From Geobacter metallireducens GS-15 (GTDB lineage: Bacteria; Desulfobacterota; Desulfuromonadia; Geobacterales; Geobacteraceae), in the NCBI RefSeq assembly GCF_000012925.1, contig NC_007517.1:1560001-1592000 (forward strand): a stretch of DNA of 32,000 nt, given 5' to 3'. The position numbers were made by a program, and so were the translations under genes. Positions 27,026 to 32,000 of this stretch are shown here, piece after piece. Position 1 is the stretch's first letter; the number at the start of each line of letters is the position of its first letter. Under the pieces are notes generated by a model, which saw only the letters and a list, made by a program, of their open reading frames with translations, did no database searches and was not told where the DNA came from.

Positions 27026-27060
27026 GACGGTTTCGGACTCCGAAACCGTCTTTTTTTTTT
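27026..27060 (+). terminator. Rho-independent terminator after tRNA-Pro
   Basis: A perfect 11-bp stem gacggtttcgg-act-ccgaaaccgtc is followed by T10. Confidence 0.9.
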
Positions 27061-27091
27061 CGGCTTTCCGGGTGAACATTTTGAGGAAACT

Positions 27092-27850
27092 ATGAAAATT
27101 CTTGTTACGAATGACGACGGAGTTCGCGCTCCGGGGATACGGTCGCTTGCAGAGGCATTGCGGAACATCGGTGATGTGGTTGTTGTTGCGCCCGACCGCG
27201 AACGGAGTGCCGTTGGGCACGCCTTGACACTGCACCATCCTTTACGGGCCTCTGAGATACGCCCTGCGGTTTTTGCCGTGGATGGAACCCCTACAGATTG
27301 CGTTAACCTCGGCATCCATACGCTCCTCGGTTCAAGACCCGATATAGTCGTATCGGGGGTCAACTGCGGTGGCAACATGGGAGATGATATCACCTATTCG
27401 GGGACGGTTTCCGCTGCCATGGAAGCAACGCTCATGGGGATCCCCGCGCTGGCGGTCTCGCTCGCCACCTCTGGCCGCGGGGATAACTATGCGGTTGCCT
27501 CCGCTTTCGCTGCCAGGCTTGTTCGGATTGTGTCCGAAAGGGGGCTCCCCCCGGATACCCTGTTAAATGTCAATGTGCCAGACCTCCCCCTGGAAAAGCT
27601 CGGAGGAGCTGTTGTGACCATTCAAGGGAAAAGGGACTACGAGGGGAAAATTGTTACAAAAACTGATCCCCGCGGTCGCAACTATTATTGGATCGGGAAT
27701 GGTTCATTGCAGTTCCGCGATCTGGAGGGTACCGATTATTACGCTGTGAAGCGCGGTTTGGTCTCGATAACGCCACTGCACCTCGACCTCACCAATTATG
27801 CTTCCCTCACCACGCTGAAAACATGGGATTTTGCAGAAATGACTTTGTGA
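27092..27850 (+). CDS. surE: 5'/3'-nucleotidase SurE
   Basis: The N-terminus is MKILVTNDDGVRAPGI, with SGVNCGGNMGDDITYSGTVSAAMEA further in. The ORF-track start at 26981 would overlap tRNA-Pro and its terminator. Confidence 0.93.
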   Translation: MKILVTNDDGVRAPGIRSLAEALRNIGDVVVVAPDRERSAVGHALTLHHPLRASEIRPAVFAVDGTPTDCVNLGIHTLLGSRPDIVVSGVNCGGNMGDDITYSGTVSAAMEATLMGIPALAVSLATSGRGDNYAVASAFAARLVRIVSERGLPPDTLLNVNVPDLPLEKLGGAVVTIQGKRDYEGKIVTKTDPRGRNYYWIGNGSLQFRDLEGTDYYAVKRGLVSITPLHLDLTNYASLTTLKTWDFAEMTL

Positions 27851-27965
27851 GGGATTGAGGCAATATGTCAACCGACGTTGCGCCCGGATGAGCCCTTGTC
27901 CTAACGCTGGACAGGACTGAGGTGGTCTGTTATAGTCTGCATTTCAGCTAAAACAGGGGATTTGG

Positions 27966-28616
27966 ATGAATTTTGACATCGCACGAAAACGGATGGTTGA
28001 AACGCAAATTATCTCTCGCGGCGTGAAAGACCGGCGCCTTATAGAGGCGATGCTAAAGGTCCCCCGTCACGTTTTTGTCGAAGAGGCGATGGCAGCCCAA
28101 GCTTACAGCGACACCCCGCTTCCAATCGGGGAGAAGCAAACCATCTCGCAGCCTTACATGGTTGCTCTCATGACCGAATTGCTTGAGCTTTCGGGCCGGG
28201 AGAAGGTGCTAGAGATCGGCACTGGCTCAGGGTATCAAGCGGCAATACTTGCAACCCTCGCAGATCGCGTTTACACCGTTGAGCGGATCCGGCCCTTGGC
28301 ACTCAAGGCTCGTAGGGCACTTGACCGTCTCGGCCTCCTGAATGTGAACATAAAAATTTCTGATGGGACCATCGGTTGGGAGGAAGAAGCCCCCTTTGAC
28401 GCCATCATCGTTACGGCTGGAGCGCCGGATGTCCCGGATAAACTGGCTGAACAGCTTGCTGTTGGTGGAAGGCTTGTTATTCCTGTAGGGAATCAGTTCG
28501 ATCAGGTTCTTGTCAGGATTACCAAGCAGGAAGATGGTTCTCTCATCAGAGAAAATGTAACAGGATGCAGATTCGTTAAACTGGTGGGCAAATACGGATG
28601 GGGTACTGAAGAGTAA
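27966..28616 (+). CDS. pcm: Protein-L-isoaspartate O-methyltransferase
   Basis: Motifs are [15 protein letters not shown] and the SAM motif [16 protein letters not shown], ending in VPVG-type PVGNQ. Synteny is surE-pcm. Confidence 0.93.
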   Translation: MNFDIARKRMVETQIISRGVKDRRLIEAMLKVPRHVFVEEAMAAQAYSDTPLPIGEKQTISQPYMVALMTELLELSGREKVLEIGTGSGYQAAILATLADRVYTVERIRPLALKARRALDRLGLLNVNIKISDGTIGWEEEAPFDAIIVTAGAPDVPDKLAEQLAVGGRLVIPVGNQFDQVLVRITKQEDGSLIRENVTGCRFVKLVGKYGWGTEE

Positions 28617-28650
28617 GCGGCTAAATCTGCTTTGCTGAACGGGGAAGAAC

Positions 28651-29631
28651 ATGGATGATTTTCTCGAAAAGGAAGCCGTTGAACCTGAAGAACATGCCGA
28701 GCGGCAACCTGACGATTTTCTGGAGCCGGAACCGACTTCTTTTGAATATGAGGAAGCGGAGGAAGAGGAAGAACAGGAGGAAGAGATAAAAGTCGTCGAG
28801 GTGGAACACTTTGACGACGCGATCAAGCTTTACCTCCGGGAGATACAGAGAACAACCCTTCTTACGGCCGATGAAGAAAAGGTTCTTGCCAGCCGGATTG
28901 CAAAGGGCGACAAAGCCGCCCGCGATAAGATGATAGAGTCCAATCTGCGTCTCGTGGTCAAGATAGCCAAGCGGTATATCAATCGCGGGCTCCCGTTCCT
29001 TGATCTCATCGAAGAGGGGAACATGGGGCTCATCAAGGCAGTCGAGCGCTTCAAACTGTCCAAAGAGTGTCGTTTTTCCACCTATGCCACCTGGTGGATA
29101 CGCCAGTCCATTGAGCGGGCACTGGTGAATCAGTCGCGTACCATAAGGCTTCCGGTACACGTCTCCGATGACATCAACAAGATGCTCAAAATCACCCGCG
29201 AGTTAGTCAATCGGTTCAACCGTGAACCGACGGTCAAAGAAGTGGCAACCGAGATGAATGTCAACTCGGCATACATTCGGCGACTCATGGTTCTACTCAA
29301 AAAAACCTATTCTATTGAACGGCCCATGGGAGAGAACAGCGATTATTTCCTTATCGACACCATTGAGGATACCTCGTCGGTTTCACCGGCGGTGCTGCTT
29401 GAAGATCTGAACAAGTATGAGATTGTCTCCAAATGGTTTGCGTCGCTCTCAGAGAACGAGCAGAAGATTCTTACCCTGCGTTTCGGGCTTGAAGACAAGG
29501 AACCTCAGACCCTTGACACGATCGGGCGGAGCTTTGGGGTTACCCGTGAGCGAATTCGCCAGATAGAGGCGAAATCTCTCGAAAAGCTCAGAAAATACAT
29601 CGATAACAGTGATGGAAGTGCAATCGAGTGA
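28651..29631 (+). CDS. rpoS: Group 2 sigma-70 family factor, RpoS-type (stationary-phase sigma)
   Basis: The N-terminus is acidic. Region 1.2/2 has [16 protein letters not shown]...[10 protein letters not shown] and [15 protein letters not shown]. Region 4.2 has [20 protein letters not shown]. Synteny is surE-pcm-rpoS. The assignment as RpoS rather than another group 2 sigma rests on synteny. Confidence 0.8.
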   Translation: MDDFLEKEAVEPEEHAERQPDDFLEPEPTSFEYEEAEEEEEQEEEIKVVEVEHFDDAIKLYLREIQRTTLLTADEEKVLASRIAKGDKAARDKMIESNLRLVVKIAKRYINRGLPFLDLIEEGNMGLIKAVERFKLSKECRFSTYATWWIRQSIERALVNQSRTIRLPVHVSDDINKMLKITRELVNRFNREPTVKEVATEMNVNSAYIRRLMVLLKKTYSIERPMGENSDYFLIDTIEDTSSVSPAVLLEDLNKYEIVSKWFASLSENEQKILTLRFGLEDKEPQTLDTIGRSFGVTRERIRQIEAKSLEKLRKYIDNSDGSAIE

Positions 29632-29660
29632 TTGATTTTGAATTCTGTGGAGGGTAGGGA

Positions 29661-30176
29661 ATGGATGAACTCAAAAATATAATACGTGACATACCCGATT
29701 TCCCCAAAAAAGGGATTGTCTTTAAGGATATCACGACGCTTCTCGCAGATGCGAAGTCGTTTCAGCGTATGGTTGATCTGCTGGCGCACCGCTACGTGGG
29801 GGAGAAGATAGACAAGGTGGTGGGGGTTGAGGCCCGGGGGTTCATCCTGGGTGCAGCCCTTGCGTACAAGCTTGGGGCTGGAGTGGTTCTTGTGCGCAAA
29901 CCGGGGAAACTTCCTTCCGAAACCTTCAGTAAAACATATCAGCTTGAATATGGCACTGACTCCCTGGAAATTCATACTGACGCCATCCGAAAGGGAGAGA
30001 AAGTGCTCATTGCCGACGACGTTCTTGCTACTGGAGGGACTATGTCCGCTGTTGTTGAGATGGTCAGGGACCTTGGCGGTGAAATTGTAGAATGCTGCTT
30101 TTTGGCAGAACTCGATTTTCTTGGTGGAAGAAAGAAACTGCCGGACGGGAAGGTCTTTTCACTCCTTACGTTTTGA
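29661..30176 (+). CDS. apt: Adenine phosphoribosyltransferase
   Basis: Motifs are [15 protein letters not shown] and the PRPP-binding motif [13 protein letters not shown]. The protein is 171 aa. Confidence 0.93.
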   Translation: MDELKNIIRDIPDFPKKGIVFKDITTLLADAKSFQRMVDLLAHRYVGEKIDKVVGVEARGFILGAALAYKLGAGVVLVRKPGKLPSETFSKTYQLEYGTDSLEIHTDAIRKGEKVLIADDVLATGGTMSAVVEMVRDLGGEIVECCFLAELDFLGGRKKLPDGKVFSLLTF

Positions 30177-30221
30177 ACGACTAGCTGCGGCTTGAATCCC
30201 GTGTGATCATAGGGAAAAGGG

Positions 30222-30250
30222 TTGCAAAGCGAAGTGCGGTGGGCTATAAA
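30222..30250 (+). promoter_or_regulatory. Sigma70-type promoter for tRNA-Arg
   Basis: TTGCAA (30222-30227), a 17-nt spacer, then TATAAA (30245-30250), 10 nt before the tRNA 5' end. Confidence 0.55.
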
Positions 30251-30260
30251 CAAGCTTCTT

Positions 30261-30337
30261 GTCCCCGTAGCTCAGCTGGATAGAGCACTTCCCTCCTAAG
30301 GAAGGGGTCGGACGTTCGAATCGTCTCGGGGACGCCA
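30261..30337 (+). tRNA. tRNA-Arg (anticodon CCT)
   Basis: A 77-nt cloverleaf. The acceptor stem is gtccccg/cggggac, the anticodon stem is cttcc/ggaag with loop ctCCTaa, and the T arm is ggacg-ttcgaat-cgtct. CCA is encoded. Confidence 0.92.
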
Positions 30338-30423
30338 CTTCAATAAGTAGCTGTAATAGCAGCAGAAAAACAGAGCCTCTTAGCTCTGGGTATACAACTA
30401 GGTATACTAAGGAGCGAGAGGCT

Positions 30424-30797
30424 TTGTCATATCCAACACACCTCAAAGGGTCGGTAGTCGCTTTTACCACAAAATAAAGGTGCCTGCCGACCTGTCCCAT
30501 CTTCTCCCAACCCAGTTCATCAAGAAGTCTTTGCAGACTAGTGAGCTACATCGAAGCGAGCATGCTGTCGAGGGAATGCTCATGGACATCCATGGCTGGC
30601 ACAACGATGAACCAATAAGAGACAGTCGCTACCTCCAAAACAAAAAGCTGACCATCGGGTCGGCTTTATTGTTCGTGAACTGCAAGCCCACTTTCGTTGC
30701 GGGTTTTGGTTTTGCAAGGTGCGTCAGTTTCTGCTACGATACCTTCCCAATTCCTTCAACACCAAGGCTTTACCGATGTCAGAACTCACCCCGATGA
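30424..30797 (+). pseudogene. Remnant of a tyrosine-recombinase (phage/island integrase) gene, frameshifted and truncated
   Basis: The SD AAGGAG (30410-30415) precedes TTG 30424. That frame reads SYPTHLKG and then stops at 30475. The adjacent frame reads RVGSRFYHKIKVPADLSHLLPTQFIKKSLQTSEL, which fits the integrase N-terminal pattern G.YYFR..VP.DL....EI..SL.T.D. After about 45 codons nothing looks integrase-like, and the frame runs into mutS. The gene lies directly 3' of a tRNA gene. Confidence 0.5.
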
Positions 30798-32000
30798 TGC
30801 GCCAGTATCTGGAGATTAAGGCCGACCATCCGGACTCGATCCTCTTCTTCAGGCTCGGCGATTTCTATGAGATGTTTCTCGATGATGCCGTCAAGGCTTC
30901 GCGCATCCTTGACATAACCCTCACTTCCCGCGGCAAGGGGGGAGACGGTGCCGATGTCCCCCTGTGCGGCGTTCCGTACCACTCGGCTGCTCCCTACATT
31001 GCCAAGCTCATCGAAGCGGGGGAGAAGGTGGCAATCTGCGAGCAGGTTGAGGATCCAAAGACCACCAAGGGGATCGTGAAACGTCAGGTAGTCAAGGTTG
31101 TCACCCCCGGCCTTGTCGTGGAGTCCGAAAGTCTTTCCCCCAAAGAGAACAATTTTCTCCTCTCCCTCTTTGATGGCAATAATGGGCGCTGGGGAGTGGC
31201 GTATCTGGATATATCAACTGGCGAGTTTCGGCTGACCGAGGTGGAGGGCCACGATGCGGCCTGGGGTGAGGTGGCCTGCGCCAATCCCCGGGAAATCCTC
31301 GTGCCCGCGTCTTTTCGCGAGAATATGCGAGGTGAGGGGCGGGGAGACCTGGCTGCAGGCCGGACGTTCACCTACGTGGATGACTGGGTTTATGACCGTG
31401 ACTACACTGAGAGGCTCATCAAAAACCATTTTGGTGTTGCATCGCCCGGTGCCTTGGGTTGTGACGGATATGCCGAAGGTCTCCAGGCGGCAGCTGCTGT
31501 CCTCCACTATCTCCAGGAAACCCAGAAGGGAAGGGTGGACCACATCAGGGAACTCCGCGCCTACCGGACCCAAGAGTTCCTTGTCCTGGATGAAGCCACC
31601 CGACGCAATCTGGAACTGACCGCCACCCTTTCTGAGGGGAAACGGCGTGGGTCGCTTCTCGGCCTGCTGGACCGTACGGCCACTGCCATGGGGGGGAGAA
31701 AGCTCAGGCAGTGGATAAACTATCCCTTGGTAATTGTCGAAAAAATAAAAGAACGCCAGGATGCAGTCGGTGAGCTTGCCAATGATCCCGCGTTGCGTGC
31801 TGGCATTCGGGAGGCCCTTGAGGGGGTCTATGATCTTGAGCGCCTCAACGGGAGGATCAGCCTGGCCAGTTCAGGTGCCAAGGATCTTGTTGCCCTCAAG
31901 GCATCGCTCCAGAGAATTCCACCTCTGTTGAGCCTGCTTGAAAGCACGGGCACGGCACTTCTGGGTGAGTTATGCAAGGGCATTGACCCGATGGATGAAG
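30776..32000 (+). CDS. mutS: DNA mismatch repair protein MutS, 3'-truncated by the window edge
   Basis: The N-terminus is [38 protein letters not shown], the canonical mismatch-binding domain. The frame is open to the window end. This ORF is absent from the supplied track because no stop codon is reached. Confidence 0.93.
   Translation, partial: MSELTPMMRQYLEIKADHPDSILFFRLGDFYEMFLDDAVKASRILDITLTSRGKGGDGADVPLCGVPYHSAAPYIAKLIEAGEKVAICEQVEDPKTTKGIVKRQVVKVVTPGLVVESESLSPKENNFLLSLFDGNNGRWGVAYLDISTGEFRLTEVEGHDAAWGEVACANPREILVPASFRENMRGEGRGDLAAGRTFTYVDDWVYDRDYTERLIKNHFGVASPGALGCDGYAEGLQAAAAVLHYLQETQKGRVDHIRELRAYRTQEFLVLDEATRRNLELTATLSEGKRRGSLLGLLDRTATAMGGRKLRQWINYPLVIVEKIKERQDAVGELANDPALRAGIREALEGVYDLERLNGRISLASSGAKDLVALKASLQRIPPLLSLLESTGTALLGELCKGIDPMDE

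Noticed and set aside
26981-27091. N-terminal extension of surE (track start 26981)
   Set aside because: It would be translated through tRNA-Pro and its terminator. The canonical SurE N-terminus MKILVTNDDG starts at 27092 with its own SD.
28751-28790. GA-rich quasi-repeat (gaggaagcggaggaagaggaagaacaggaggaagag)
   Set aside because: It is in frame within the sigma factor gene and simply encodes a poly-Glu acidic tract. There is no unit-length periodicity suggestive of a functional DNA repeat.
30597-30612. TGGCAC hexamer that looks like a sigma54 -24 element
   Set aside because: The position where the -12 TTGC should lie reads tgaac. There is no GC at the required N10 spacing and no downstream gene start.
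30480-30797. 105-aa ORF from the track as a genuine protein-coding gene
   Set aside because: Only its first ~35 codons resemble anything, namely an integrase N-terminus. The true start and SD lie upstream in another frame, and the tail overlaps the mutS start. It is better explained as a pseudogene remnant.

Overview
This is a Geobacter-type chromosomal segment. The short pilin at 8489-8698 matches, from memory, G. metallireducens PilA, so I infer that species or a close relative. This is not verified by a search. Three blocks are visible. (1) 1-8700: the type IV pilus / e-pilin locus pilB-pilT-pilC-pilS-pilR, all GC-rich. An ISL3-family insertion sequence sits exactly at the pilR stop codon. 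It is followed by a sigma54 promoter with a palindromic enhancer site and the truncated pilin gene pilA. (2) about 8640-18800: a visibly AT-rich cassette that begins inside the 3' end of pilA and ends inside a GT9 glycosyltransferase gene. It encodes a PilA-C-like secreted protein and an ABC-2 permease / anchored periplasmic protein / ATPase module. It also encodes a GT-C+TPR membrane glycosyltransferase next to a DPPR-synthase-like UbiA prenyl-phosphate transferase, then Wzm/Wzt, a GT4, an orphan 424-aa ORF and the GT9. Nearly all of these genes are coupled by overlapping stop and start codons. (3) 19240-32000: housekeeping genes. These are tRNA-Val, thrS-infC-rpmI-rplT, pheST, ihfA, a MerR-family gene, tRNA-Pro, surE-pcm-rpoS, apt, tRNA-Arg, a frameshifted integrase remnant and the 5' part of mutS. 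No rRNA genes, CRISPR array or recognisable defence system were seen. The most interesting candidate is the pilin-linked GT-C / polyprenyl-phosphate-pentose module together with the neighbouring ABC module whose periplasmic partner carries a pseudopilin-like C-terminus. All calls come from reading the sequence and the ORF translations. No searches were run.
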